From the NCBI GenBank assembly GCA_965224085.1, contig CBDCYI010000009.1:768001-832000 (forward strand): a stretch of DNA of 64,000 bases, given 5' to 3'. The notes under the pieces are model-generated. The model made no database searches. It was not told where the DNA came from and worked only from the letters and a program-made list of their open reading frames with translations. This document shows positions 1 through 10,096 of this stretch, piece after piece; position 1 is the stretch's first letter; every line of letters begins with the position of its first letter. Made by a program: the position numbers and the translations under genes. Source of the stretch: Candidatus Marinacidobacterales bacterium (GTDB lineage: Bacteria; Acidobacteriota; Vicinamibacteria; Marinacidobacterales; SMYC01).

Positions 1-1
1 C

Positions 2-163
2 TTCAAGGACTCCGTCCGGCTCGTGCAGCGACTCATCGAGCTCGAGAAGACGGGCTGGGAAACGGCGATCTATCCCATCGAGCCGCATGGTTTTCGCGAG
101 CCGTCGAGTTGACTAGACGAGTACCGGCGGATTTACAAGCTCTTCGACACGCATTTGAATTAG
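2..163 (+). pseudogene. C-terminal end of S9 (prolyl oligopeptidase family) peptidase with in-frame TGA at 110-112
   Basis: Frame 2 reads [52 protein letters not shown]. The catalytic His motif (YPxExHGF) is present and the TGA sits where a Trp (TGG) is expected. Confidence 0.7.
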
Positions 164-171
164 GAGGAGAT

Positions 172-807
172 ATGGGAGGCAAACTCGCATCTGTCAATGT
201 GGGCCGCCCGCGCGCGTTCGTGTACAAGGGTCGCGACGTTGAGAGCGCGATTTGGAAAACACCAGTCGAAGGGCGTGTCGCCGCCCGCGGCGTCAACCTC
301 GAAGGCGACGACCAAGCCGATCGGACCGTGCACGGCGGCCCGGACAAAGCCGTTTACGCCTATGCGCTCGAGGATATTCGCCTCTGGCAGAGCGAGCTCG
401 GCCGCCCGCTCGGGCCCGGCGCCTTTGGGGAGAACTTGACGACGGAGGGCGTCGACGTCACGGGCGCGGTGATTGGTGAGCGCTGGGAAGTGGGTACGGT
501 ATGCCTTGAAGTTTCCGAGCCGCGAGCCCCGTGCTGGAAGCTCGCCGCGCGGATGGAAGACGACGCGTTCCTGCGGCGCTTCACCGAAACGGGACGACCG
601 GGCGCCTATCTTCGCATCGTGCGTGAAGGCGAGCTCGGAGCCGGGGACGCCATCGAGGTGACGTCCCGTCCCGAGCATGGTATGACCGCGGGAGACGTCC
701 TTCGCATCTATAGCCGCGATCGAGGCGAGGTCGCGAAGCTCGTCGACATCCCAGAGCTCGGGAAGAGTTGGCGGGAATGGGCCGAGAAGAAAGTGCAGAA
801 GAGGTGA
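172..807 (+). CDS. MOSC domain protein (YiiM-like)
   Basis: AGGAGG RBS before ATG 172; motifs GDDQADRTVHGGPDKAV, FGENLT, PRAPCWKL, GAYLRIVREG. Confidence 0.9.
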   Translation: MGGKLASVNVGRPRAFVYKGRDVESAIWKTPVEGRVAARGVNLEGDDQADRTVHGGPDKAVYAYALEDIRLWQSELGRPLGPGAFGENLTTEGVDVTGAVIGERWEVGTVCLEVSEPRAPCWKLAARMEDDAFLRRFTETGRPGAYLRIVREGELGAGDAIEVTSRPEHGMTAGDVLRIYSRDRGEVAKLVDIPELGKSWREWAEKKVQKR

Positions 808-810
808 GAC

Positions 811-2214
811 ATGACGCTAAAAAGGCGTGCGTTTATCCGCCACCTGGCCGCTGGGATGGCCGTAACCGGCGCGGCGGCTTCGAAGCTGGCTTGTTCGACC
901 GTCGCCGACAGCCCGTCCGAAACCCTCCTCGTCGACCGGCCGGGACAACCCGAGCCGGCGCCGATCGGTTATGACCGTTTGCCGCTCGATTGGCATCAAG
1001 CCCGCACCCGCGAGCTCAAGAATCGTGTGGGTGAGCGTGAGGTCGACGCCATCGTCCTCGGACAAGACCAGAACATGGTCTACTTCTCGGGATGTTTCCG
1101 CCGAAGCGGCGAGCGCTCGACGTGGCTGCTCTTTCCGGTCGAAGAGACCGATACCGCCTACTGGTACGCCCCGAGCATCGACCGTGACCTCATGCGCTCC
1201 TGGTGGTCGACGGAGATGGAGAACTACTTCTGCTACCCGCACGCCGAAGGCGGCTTTCCCTATCGGGGCGAGCTCGCGCGCGGCAACCGCGTCGATCTAT
1301 TCGCCTGGATGCTGCAGGGCCTCGGCCGACGCGGTCTCGGGGACAAGACGATTGGGATCGATTTCGAGCTCAGTGCTTCGAGACGGCAAACGGTAGAGAG
1401 TGTCCTTCCCGAAGCGCGCTTCGTCGAGATAGGCGATCTGTGTCTCGACATGCAAATCATCAAGACACCGGAAGAGCAAGCGCTCACCCAACGCGCCTAT
1501 CGCTACTTCGACAAAGTGCACGCGTTCTCACGCGACTACATCCTCGAGCGCGGCACCGAGGCCACGGATTTCGAAGTCGGCCAAGCGCTCCAAGCTTACG
1601 GCCTCGGCCTCATGATGAACGACGTCGAGCGCGACGGAAGACCGAACAGCGCCGTCGGCATGGAAGTGACGTCGCACTACGTGCGCGCGGGTGTTTCCAC
1701 GGCCTTCCCGCATCCGAACCAATTCTTCTACACGCGCATCCAAAAAGGCCAGCCCCTTTACGTGAACACCGATATCAAGCTCGGCGGCATGGGTGGTGAG
1801 GGCTACCGAAACTACCTCATCGAGCCGGTAGCACCTTATCAAGAGAAGATGTGGCAAGTCGTGATGGACTGCGCAGAAATCCTTCGCGAAGAGACCGTTC
1901 CCGGCAAGGCTTGCTCCGAGATCGCTTACAAAGTCCACGATTACCAGATCAAAAACGGCATGGCGGACTACATCTACCATCGTCCGTCGCACGGTCAAGG
2001 ACAGTTCTACTCGGGACATCAGCCGCCTTTCGTGGCACTCGGCGACGACTCCATCGTGGAACCTGGCATGATGTTCAGCGTCGAGCCCGGGCTCTATGAC
2101 GAAGAGCGCGGCATCGGTGTCAACCCGAGCGATATTCTTCTCGTCCTCGAAGACCGGAGCGTCTTCATGACCCGAGTTCCGTTCTCGAAGGAGTGGAGCT
2201 TTCTGACTTTGTGA
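811..2214 (+). CDS. Exported M24 (Xaa-Pro aminopeptidase/creatinase fold) protein, Tat-type signal
   Basis: KRRAFI twin-arginine motif and LAC lipobox-like site; IKTPEE, HRPSHGQG, SVEPGLY motifs. Confidence 0.8.
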   Translation: MTLKRRAFIRHLAAGMAVTGAAASKLACSTVADSPSETLLVDRPGQPEPAPIGYDRLPLDWHQARTRELKNRVGEREVDAIVLGQDQNMVYFSGCFRRSGERSTWLLFPVEETDTAYWYAPSIDRDLMRSWWSTEMENYFCYPHAEGGFPYRGELARGNRVDLFAWMLQGLGRRGLGDKTIGIDFELSASRRQTVESVLPEARFVEIGDLCLDMQIIKTPEEQALTQRAYRYFDKVHAFSRDYILERGTEATDFEVGQALQAYGLGLMMNDVERDGRPNSAVGMEVTSHYVRAGVSTAFPHPNQFFYTRIQKGQPLYVNTDIKLGGMGGEGYRNYLIEPVAPYQEKMWQVVMDCAEILREETVPGKACSEIAYKVHDYQIKNGMADYIYHRPSHGQGQFYSGHQPPFVALGDDSIVEPGMMFSVEPGLYDEERGIGVNPSDILLVLEDRSVFMTRVPFSKEWSFLTL

Positions 2215-2215
2215 G

Positions 2216-2759
2216 GTGCGCGTGCGCTATCAATTTTTGATCGATACCTACGAGACTGAGATCCAGAAAGTCTTGAGCGCCTGGACGATGTTCGAGGATG
2301 AGGACTTGCCGAAACGCCCTCATCCTTCGGACACGCGCGGCCGCAGCGTGCTCGAGCACATGGTGCATCAGTCCATGAGCGAGAACCTGTGGTTCAAGAC
2401 GATGCTCGGGATCGACGTGACGGAGAACCCGGTGCCTTCGGAAGAAACGCGCCTCGGCTTTCTCAGAAACTATGCCGACCATGCGTCGAAGCGTCTAACG
2501 GCTTTACGTGACAAACCGGAGGCGTGGTGGGAAGAGGTGGTCGATTTCTTCGAGGTCAAGCGCTCCCGCGCCTGGATCATGACGCGTCGCATCGCCCATA
2601 CGTCCCATCACCGGGGCCAACAGACCGCGATCGTGCGCATGCTCGGGCGCGATCTGCACAGTACCTACGGCCCTACGGCGGATACGGGCGGGCTCATGCA
2701 GAACAACGCGCCCGTCATCTACGCCTATCTCGACGTGGCGACGCTTCTGGACGAAGAGG
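2216..2759 (+). pseudogene. DinB family protein, 3' end cut by IS903-like copy 1
   Basis: SVLEHMVH and RRIAHTSHHRGQ motifs; the ORF runs into the IS terminus at 2760. Confidence 0.8.
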
Positions 2760-3847
2760 GGCGTTGTTGCACGGCCCGGAGCAAATCGCTGACCTCCCTG
2801 TGCCGGTCGGAGAGTCACCCGGCGCAGTAAGTATCGGGCATACCGAGCGCGGTCATCTTGTTGAGTATCTCGCACCCAAGTCGGTGTTCAACTCGTTGCC
2901 TCGCCAACGTTCGAGCCCGCATCTCGGGCCCCATGATCGCCTTGTAACGATAGACCGCGTTCTCCACCATGCTTCGCTCGGTGCAGCCTGAGAGCTTGTA
3001 CCATTCACGTCGGCCGTGTCTTTCGATTGCACGAATATGGCGGTCGCGTTCCCGCATTGCGGTGTTCGAATTCTGACTGAGCGTGGCGTTTCGTTGCGGC
3101 GGAATCACCACGCGCGTCCTTCGTTCAGGGCTGTGCGCTTCGATGGCTTCGTAGACCGCTTCCTTGTCGTATGCACTGTCCGCCGCCACCGACGCTATAG
3201 GTGCTTGAATCTGTGTTAGCAAAGGGGGGACTCGCGTTGCGTCGCGAGCTCGTGACACCGTCAGTTCGGACGCAACAATGTTGCCGGTCTTGCGATCAAC
3301 GGCGATGTGCAACTTGCGCCAGGCGCGCTGCTTTGGCGGTTTGCGGGTGGTTCCAACATGAATCCTCAAGCCCGTGCTATCGATCATCAGGTGGATTGGT
3401 TGATTGCTTGCGGCTTTCCGAATCCGCAGCTTCTTGCGGAGCAGCCTCGACCGCCGACACAACGTCGAGTGGTCCGGGATCTCGATACACAGCCGGAGAA
3501 GCGAGGCGATCGAGTGCAAGAAGCCTTCGGTTTGGCGGTAGGCAAGCTTGTACACCATCCGGACAACCAGGCCCGTTTCAATCGCCATCTCTGAATAGAC
3601 CCGTTGACCGCCAGGCTTACCGCTCTTGTCGGCCTTCCAGTTCGCGATTGCCTCCTCGTCAAACCAGACCGTCAAATCGCCCCGGCGGCGCAGCCCTTCG
3701 TTGTATTCCGCCCAGTTGGAAACGTGGTACTTCTTCTGTTTCGCGTGTTTGTACTGGCTGCGCTTGGGATACTTCATGGTCGAACATTACCTCGGCCACC
3801 ACCATAGTGTAGATTTCGCGCTCAGCCAAGAGCGGTGCAACAACGCC
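2760..3847 (-). mobile_element. IS5 family (IS903 group) element, copy 1, 1088 bp
   Basis: Terminal IRs GGCGTTGTTGCAC / GTGCAACAACGCC; near-identical copies at 11459 and 49933. Confidence 0.93.
2815..3777 (-). CDS. IS903-group DDE transposase
   Basis: NWAEYNEGLRRRGDLTVWF, IDSTGL, WRKLHIAVD, ADSAYD, RSMVENAVYRYK. Confidence 0.93.
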   Translation of the reverse strand: MKYPKRSQYKHAKQKKYHVSNWAEYNEGLRRRGDLTVWFDEEAIANWKADKSGKPGGQRVYSEMAIETGLVVRMVYKLAYRQTEGFLHSIASLLRLCIEIPDHSTLCRRSRLLRKKLRIRKAASNQPIHLMIDSTGLRIHVGTTRKPPKQRAWRKLHIAVDRKTGNIVASELTVSRARDATRVPPLLTQIQAPIASVAADSAYDKEAVYEAIEAHSPERRTRVVIPPQRNATLSQNSNTAMRERDRHIRAIERHGRREWYKLSGCTERSMVENAVYRYKAIMGPEMRARTLARQRVEHRLGCEILNKMTALGMPDTYCAG

Positions 3848-3848
3848 C

Positions 3849-4262
3849 CTCGACGGCGCGACGGGCTACGCTTACGGCTCGGAGCTTCTAAGAACTTCTA
3901 TCTACTTCGAGCCGACCCGCGCGACGGCGCCCTTTTTCCATGTAACGGATTCCCGCGACCAGACGCATCGTGTGTCGAAGCGTTTCGACTATTACGACTC
4001 GACGCTTCGCGGGCCCTCGATGTTCCTCACGGTCGAAGACGCGGCCCACGCGGAGCTCGTGTCGCTTACCGGCGTCGTGCCGCACGCCCTACTCCCGAAC
4101 GCGAGCTCACCAGATGTTCGCAGACGCTACGCGCTCGTATGCCGCTATGTGGAGAGCTTTTTGAGCGACACCATGAAAGGGGACAGCGACGCCGCGGATT
4201 TTTTGGACGTCACACCGTCGCGGCACGGCTTCGACGGTTTGATCTTGTCGCGGCGGCGGTAA
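3849..4262 (+). pseudogene. C-terminal fragment of a probable alpha/beta hydrolase, 5' part missing at the IS end
   Basis: Open frame from the IS end: LDGATGYAYG...EDAAHAEL...YVESFLSDTMKGD; not a continuation of DinB. Confidence 0.5.
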
Positions 4263-4760
4263 CTACATGTCTTCGTCCGCGCTCGGACCGTAGAGAGCAG
4301 GAAGCGGGACGTCGTTCTCGCGCAAATAGACGCCCAGCTGTCCGCGGTGGTGGATGAGGTGGCTCAAGATGAAGCTGCGCAAACAGACGGCACGAGCCAT
4401 GTCTAAGGTCACGTGGTCGCCTTGTTTCAGCTTCCAATTCTTGAAAAGATGCTCGTCGGATTGTCCGCCTAGAACCTCTTTGAACGCCTCGACATTCTTG
4501 TCGAAATAGTCGAGGATGTCCTTCTTGCTCGACAACTCCTTCGGCTGGTAATCGGCCGCGACCATGTCGAAGACCTCGTCGTTGACGATCGTCGCTGCCC
4601 ATTCCGGGATCTCGGCAAGGTGTCCTCCGAGCCGCCCCATAGTCATGGACTTCTCGTGGGGCTTCCACGAAAGCTTGTCTTCGGGAATCCGCTCCAACAT
4701 CTTCCTCGTACCCACGGATTCATGAGTGAACTCGCCGATCATCGCTTCTGCGATACTCAT
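4263..4760 (-). CDS. DinB family protein
   Basis: GGAGGAG RBS; WKPHEKSMTMGRLGGHL and HLIHHRGQLGVYLR motifs. Confidence 0.88.
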   Translation of the reverse strand: MSIAEAMIGEFTHESVGTRKMLERIPEDKLSWKPHEKSMTMGRLGGHLAEIPEWAATIVNDEVFDMVAADYQPKELSSKKDILDYFDKNVEAFKEVLGGQSDEHLFKNWKLKQGDHVTLDMARAVCLRSFILSHLIHHRGQLGVYLRENDVPLPALYGPSADEDM

Positions 4761-5578
4761 CTGTCTCCTCCTTCGAAGTCGGTTGATTCTAGCCATCGAC
4801 CCCGTCGCGCGCCAGTGCCCTTGATCCTTGATGTTGATGCGAGGTTCGGATAGACCTCGTCGACGCCGACGAGACGCCAGCGTCCCTGCACGCGCGCGAG
4901 CGCACAGCTGAGGTTCCACCCCACACGAAGCGACTTCGTCGCCGCCTCCGGCGCGAGAAGTGGGCCGATAACCTCAGGCTCGGAGTTTCGATAAACGCAA
5001 AGCCAAAACCGGCCAGGCCCGATTCGCGTGATGGGGTGATCGTCCGTGTCGATATAGTCCCGATCGGTGAAAAATAGCGGGTCCACTCGGACAGCGCTCT
5101 GAGCGAGAAGCCGCGCTGCCGTCCGGGCCCGGCGCCCGAGCTTGCTGCGCTCGCGAGCCAATGCCTTGGAAGCCTCTACCTCGCCGCGGCTCACATAGCC
5201 TCGCTCGACGAGCCAGAGGCGCAGGTCGTCCACGACGTACGAAGCCTTCTCCTCGATACGCTCCGAGGTGTAGACGTCCCGTCGGACGTAGACTTCAGCG
5301 AAGAAGTCGAGCTCCGGGAGAAGCTTTTCCGGCCCGAAGACTTCGAAAAAGTGCCGCTCGCAGCCGGGCGCGCGATAGTGCTGCTCGCACAGAGCACGCT
5401 CGTCTTCGGGCAAGTTCCGGTGACCGTAATTGTTGATGCAAAGCTCGAGGAAAAAGAGGATCCGCCGGTAGGTGGAGACCTCGCGTTGCTCGAGCGTCGC
5501 GGCACGCGTCTCGAGGTACTCCGAAAGCGCCTGTCGAATGGTCGGTGGGGGAACGGGGGCGGTGTAACGAGAGCTCAT
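4757..5578 (-). CDS. Hypothetical protein (273 aa)
   Basis: GGAG RBS; ATGA overlap with the downstream DinB gene; protein-like composition. Confidence 0.75.
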   Translation of the reverse strand: MSSRYTAPVPPPTIRQALSEYLETRAATLEQREVSTYRRILFFLELCINNYGHRNLPEDERALCEQHYRAPGCERHFFEVFGPEKLLPELDFFAEVYVRRDVYTSERIEEKASYVVDDLRLWLVERGYVSRGEVEASKALARERSKLGRRARTAARLLAQSAVRVDPLFFTDRDYIDTDDHPITRIGPGRFWLCVYRNSEPEVIGPLLAPEAATKSLRVGWNLSCALARVQGRWRLVGVDEVYPNLASTSRIKGTGARRGRWLESTDFEGGDR

Positions 5579-5708
5579 GGCAATCTCCTGCGAAACGCCC
5601 TTACACCCGATTCTGTTAGACGGTCAAAGCGCAGAAATTCCACACGAGTGAAAAAGAAAGTTTGGTCGCTCTTGCCGCTGATCGGGTGGTCTAGAATAGG
5701 CTCCGTCT

Positions 5709-6347
5709 ATGGCCAACCAAACTCACCGGCTCGTCGTGCCCCGCGCGGCGCGCTACGTCACGGCCGGCTCGATCGACGGACCGCTCGACGACGTCTGGGT
5801 CCTGTGCCACGGCTACGGCCAGCTCGCATCGGAGTTTCTCGGACTCGCCCGCGCCCTCGAGCATCCAAGACGCTTGCTCGTGGCGCCCGAGGCCCTGTCC
5901 CGCTTCTATCACGAAGATCACAAGAGAATCGGGGCCTCATGGATGACCCGCGAAGATCGGGACACCGAGATGGAGGACTACGTCCGCTATCTGGATCTGC
6001 TGCACGACCAACTATTCGAGATCGTCGAGCGCGACCGCCTGAAGCTTCGGCTGCTCGGCTATTCTCAAGGGGCCGCCACCGCCGCGCGATGGGCGGTACG
6101 CGGCCGGGCGAAGATCGACCACCTCGTGCTTTGGGGCTCTCCCCTACCGCCGGAGCTGGGTGACGAAGCCGCGCTTCGCGAAATACACCTGACGCTCGTC
6201 GGAGGGTCGAGGGACGAGTTTTTTACAGAGAAAGTCTGGGCGGATGAGCGCACGCGCCTGCGTGCGCTCGGCCTCGTTTTCGACGAGCTGAGCTTCGAAG
6301 GCGGCCACCGTTTGGACGATGACACGTTGCGCGCGCTCGCAGGCTGA
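5709..6347 (+). CDS. Phospholipase/carboxylesterase-type alpha/beta hydrolase
   Basis: HGYGQ, GYSQG nucleophile elbow, FEGGH. Confidence 0.88.
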   Translation: MANQTHRLVVPRAARYVTAGSIDGPLDDVWVLCHGYGQLASEFLGLARALEHPRRLLVAPEALSRFYHEDHKRIGASWMTREDRDTEMEDYVRYLDLLHDQLFEIVERDRLKLRLLGYSQGAATAARWAVRGRAKIDHLVLWGSPLPPELGDEAALREIHLTLVGGSRDEFFTEKVWADERTRLRALGLVFDELSFEGGHRLDDDTLRALAG

Positions 6348-6350
6348 GGC

Positions 6351-7184
6351 ATGCTTAGGGCCTTGCAACCTCCACTCATCAGCGTCGACGAAGTCTTGAA
6401 GCTACCCAATCCGGCTCCCGATGCGCGGATCCCCTATGGCAGCGACCCGCTGCAGTTCGGGGATCTGAGGCTTCCCGAAACCCAAGGGCCTCACGCCGTC
6501 GTCGTCATCATTCATGGCGGCTGCTGGCGCGCACAATACACCATCGACCACATTGGAAGCTTCAGCGACGCACTGACCCAGGACGGCCTCGCGACGTGGA
6601 CGATCGAGTATCGCCGGGTCGGCAACCCTGGCGGCGGTTGGCCTGGAACGTTCCAGGACATAGGTGCGGCAGTCGACCATCTACGCCAGCTTCGCGAGGA
6701 GCACCCGCTCGATCTCGGCCGCGTCGTCGTCGCCGGCCACTCCGCCGGCGGACAACTGGCGCTTTGGGCGGGAGCGCGCAGAAAGCTCACGGACGCGACG
6801 ATTCGAGGCACGAAACCGCTCGCACCCCAAGGCGTCGTCTCGTTGGCGGGGGTCGACAACCTTCGTCGCGCAATCGACGAAGGCGTCTGCGACAAGATGG
6901 CGGCCGAGCTTCTCGGAGGCACCTCGGAGGAGGTTCCCGAGCGCTACGCCGTCGCCTCACCCATCGAGCTCTTGCCGCTCGGCGTTCGGCAACATCTCAT
7001 CAACGGCGCCCGCGATCCCATCGTGCCCGAAGCTTTCGGGCGCGCCTATAGCGAAGCCGCACGCGAAGCCGGCGATGAGGCGGCGCTGACCGTCATCCCG
7101 GACGCGGGACATTTCGAGCTCATCGCACCCTCGACGGCGGCGTGGCAGCGAGTGAAGAACGCCATCTGGAAGATCCTCGAATGA
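6351..7184 (+). CDS. Alpha/beta hydrolase (esterase/lipase)
   Basis: HGGCW, GHSAGG, DPIVP, AGHFE. Confidence 0.9.
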   Translation: MLRALQPPLISVDEVLKLPNPAPDARIPYGSDPLQFGDLRLPETQGPHAVVVIIHGGCWRAQYTIDHIGSFSDALTQDGLATWTIEYRRVGNPGGGWPGTFQDIGAAVDHLRQLREEHPLDLGRVVVAGHSAGGQLALWAGARRKLTDATIRGTKPLAPQGVVSLAGVDNLRRAIDEGVCDKMAAELLGGTSEEVPERYAVASPIELLPLGVRQHLINGARDPIVPEAFGRAYSEAAREAGDEAALTVIPDAGHFELIAPSTAAWQRVKNAIWKILE

Positions 7185-8053
7185 CTTGGCTCGAGCGCGC
7201 GTCGCAGATTCTCGACTTCACGTTGTTTCAGCTAGGCGGCAACCCCATCACTGTGCTGCACGTCGTGATGTTCTGCATCGCGCTCGTCGCCACGCACTTC
7301 CTCGCCCGTTTCGTCAGAAAGGTCTTGCACCGCTACCTTCTCAAAGAGCTCGACGACGCGCCACGCTACGTCATCGTCCGCTTTACCCAATATCTCGTTT
7401 GGGTCGTCGGCATCGCGATAGCACTCGAGCTTCTCAACGTTGACTTGACCGCTCTCACCGTTGTCGCGGGCGCACTCGGCATCGGTATCGGTTTCGGCCT
7501 GCAAAACGTCGTCAACAACCTCGTCTCCGGTATCGTGCTGCTACTCGAACAGCCGGTACGCTACCGCGATCGCGTCACGGTGGAGAATATCGAAGGACAA
7601 GTCGAGCGCATCAACTTTCGCGCCACCACCATTCTGACCAATGACAACATCTCCATCATCGTGCCCAACTCGCAGTTCGTGAATCAAACCGTCGTGAACT
7701 GGTCGCATGGCGATCCGCGCATCCGCGTCCACGTTCCCGTGGGAGTGGCTTATGGCTCGGATGTCGAGCTCGTAACCCAAATCCTGCTCGACGTGACGCG
7801 CGGGGCCAAGGGTGTGTTGGACCGTCCCGAGCCCGAAGTTCGCTTTCTCGAGTTCGGCGATTCGTCGCTGAACTTCGAGCTTCTCGTCTGGTCCGACGAG
7901 CCGCCGAACTATCATCGACTGCGAAGCCAATTGAACTACGCGATCGACAAGGCTTTTCGCGAGCACGACATCGAGATCCCTTTCCCCCAACGGGACGTCC
8001 ATCTCAAAACGCCCGCGGAGGAGGAGATCGTGAAAGTCTTCCGCGAAAGCTAG
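7181..8053 (+). CDS. Mechanosensitive channel, MscS family
   Basis: GALGIGIGFGLQN, IIVPNS, VGVAYGSD, IEIPFPQRD; ATGA overlap with the upstream gene. Confidence 0.92.
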   Translation: MTWLERASQILDFTLFQLGGNPITVLHVVMFCIALVATHFLARFVRKVLHRYLLKELDDAPRYVIVRFTQYLVWVVGIAIALELLNVDLTALTVVAGALGIGIGFGLQNVVNNLVSGIVLLLEQPVRYRDRVTVENIEGQVERINFRATTILTNDNISIIVPNSQFVNQTVVNWSHGDPRIRVHVPVGVAYGSDVELVTQILLDVTRGAKGVLDRPEPEVRFLEFGDSSLNFELLVWSDEPPNYHRLRSQLNYAIDKAFREHDIEIPFPQRDVHLKTPAEEEIVKVFRES

Positions 8054-8071
8054 TGCGCCTGTATCAGGACA

Positions 8072-8983
8072 CTAGGCTGGGGCCGCTGCGTTCGTCGACA
8101 CGCGCCCCTTGTCGAGGATGTGATCGGGAACGCGTTTCAAATCCCAGATCAATCCGAGCTTCGACAGAAGGAAAAGACCGTAATACGTGATGTCGATCTC
8201 CCACCAGTAAAAGCCTTGGCGGGTCGCGGTGGGGTAGTGATGGTGGTTGTTGTGCCAGCCCTCGCCAAAGGTCAAAAGGGCCAGAAACCAATTATTGCGG
8301 CTGTCGTCGCCCGTCACGTAGCGGCGCTTTCCGAAAAGATGCGACAACGAATTGATCGTGAACGTCGAATGGCCGAGAAGCACGGTCGAGACAAAGAAAC
8401 CCCAGATCAGCATTTGTGAGCCCGAAGTGCCTAGCCCAGGCGCGTAGGTCTGGAGCAGCACACCTAAGCCGAAGCAAGCGGTGCCTAGAAGGGTAGGAAC
8501 GAGCACGTCGATGCGATCGAGGATACGAAGCTCCGGAAACTTGGCGAGGTCGGGCACGAGCCGCATGCGCGTCGCTGAGTTGGCGCGGGCGAAGACCCAA
8601 CCGATATGGGAGTAGATGAAGCCCCGCCGGATGGGCGAGTGCACGTCTTCTTCCTGGTCCGAGTACTGATGATGACGCCGGTGATGGGCGGCCCACCACA
8701 GAGGGCCTTTCTGAACAGAAGCGTTTCCGAGCATCGCGAAAAGAAACTGAAACCAGCGCGAGGTCTTGTAGCTTCGATGCGAAAGATAGCGGTGATAGAA
8801 ACCGGTAATCGCGAACATCCTCGCCGCGTAAAGGGCGAGACACACGGCCACGGCTATCCAGCTCGCGCCGACCCAAAACACGCCGAGGGCCACTAAATGC
8901 ACCGCGACAAAGGGAATGGTGGAAATCCAGGAAATGCCGCCGTCGGGTTGCACGGCGCGTAAGTCGGATGCTTGCGTACTCAC
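8072..8983 (-). CDS. Acyl-CoA (delta-9-type) fatty acid desaturase
   Basis: Three His boxes HRYLSH, HHRRHH, GEGWHNNHH. Confidence 0.92.
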   Translation of the reverse strand: MSTQASDLRAVQPDGGISWISTIPFVAVHLVALGVFWVGASWIAVAVCLALYAARMFAITGFYHRYLSHRSYKTSRWFQFLFAMLGNASVQKGPLWWAAHHRRHHQYSDQEEDVHSPIRRGFIYSHIGWVFARANSATRMRLVPDLAKFPELRILDRIDVLVPTLLGTACFGLGVLLQTYAPGLGTSGSQMLIWGFFVSTVLLGHSTFTINSLSHLFGKRRYVTGDDSRNNWFLALLTFGEGWHNNHHHYPTATRQGFYWWEIDITYYGLFLLSKLGLIWDLKRVPDHILDKGRVSTNAAAPA

Positions 8984-9150
8984 TAAAGCTCTCCTCTAAG
9001 GTAGGATTAGGGGTTAAACGAGGAGCCTTCCTCCGTGGAAAAACAGGCTCACGACCGCCGGGACCGGCCAATGGTACACCAACACGGGTATTAGCGTAGC
9101 ATGGAAAGCTCATGGGCCCAAAGTCGAGAGGGTCGACTAGAATTAGACTC

Positions 9151-9458
9151 ATGGCGGGGCGCGGCGAGGGGAGTCGAAAACGCGCCATCCTTCCCAGTGG
9201 CTTGGGACTCGAGCTCGAGGACGTTACGAAGCCCGCCACAAGCGCGACGCTCTTCGGGAACGAGGCTCCCCTCGAACTCGAGGTCGGCTCGGGCAAAGGC
9301 ACCTTCCTCGTGTCCGAATCGAAGATCCGACCCGAAGTCAACTTCCTCGGTGTCGAGTATGCGCGCCTCTACTGGCGCCTCGCCGAGGATCGGCGGCGGC
9401 GCAACGCCTGCGAAAACGTGCGCGTCGTGCTCGCCCACGCGGTTACTTTCATCCGCGA
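9151..9458 (+). pseudogene. trmB: tRNA (guanine-N7) methyltransferase, N-terminal half, truncated at an IS6-like end
   Basis: LELEVGSGKGTFL...PEVNFLGVE...NVRVV; the FPDPW motif is absent; sequence switches to GGTATTGTCAAG at 9459. Confidence 0.8.
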
Positions 9459-9608
9459 GGTATTGTCAAGTTTTCCACGGCTTGACGGCCACCCCGAATG
9501 AATGAAACGCGTTAGTCTCTGGAGGTGGCACCGGCTCAACACGACGCCTGAGGGAGCTCGGGTTTGGCGTCACTGCCCCCAAACGCTACATCCTGAGTTT
9601 CTTATTAG

Positions 9609-10047
9609 TGTCTCTTCCGGGGATGGTCGAAACCCCTCGCCTTTAGGCGAAGAGAAGATCGTGGTATTGTAGTAGCGGTTCGTGTGCGCGATCTGATTCG
9701 TCAGATCGCGATGGAACATGAGCTGCACATAATCTCGGGTAAGGTTGCACGCGACCACGTCCACGTGTTCGTATCCTACCGACCACACCAGGACCTGAGT
9801 ACGATCGTGCAGTGGCTAAAAGGAATAAGCTCCCGAGTACTCCTTCAGGAGTTTGCTCACCTGAGGAAGAAGTTTTGGGGCCGGCACTTCTGGGCCCGAG
9901 GATATCTGGCGGTGAGTTCAGGAAGCATAACGGACGAGATGGTAAAGGAGTACATAGACTCCCAGGATGGCGAGCCTCTTCACGACGACAGTCAATTTCC
10001 AATTGACAGCCCTTGAAGCCACCGCCTTCTAGGCGGTGGTTGTTCAC
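9609..10047 (+). mobile_element. tnpA: IS200/IS605-family tnpA-only element, internally deleted copy (439 bp)
   Basis: Matches 25383-25922 except for a 101-bp deletion removing the tnpA start; preceded by TTAG, ends TCAC; hairpin CCACCGCCTTCTAGGCGGTGG. Confidence 0.88.
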
Positions 10048-10096
10048 TTGACGTTGAGCGAGCGAACCTATTGCGTCGAGCTGATTTCCTTTGCTC

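Noticed and set aside
110-112. TGA at a Trp position suggesting genetic code 4
   Set aside because: TGA is clearly used as stop in many intact genes with ATGA/GTGA overlaps; a G>A nonsense change is simpler
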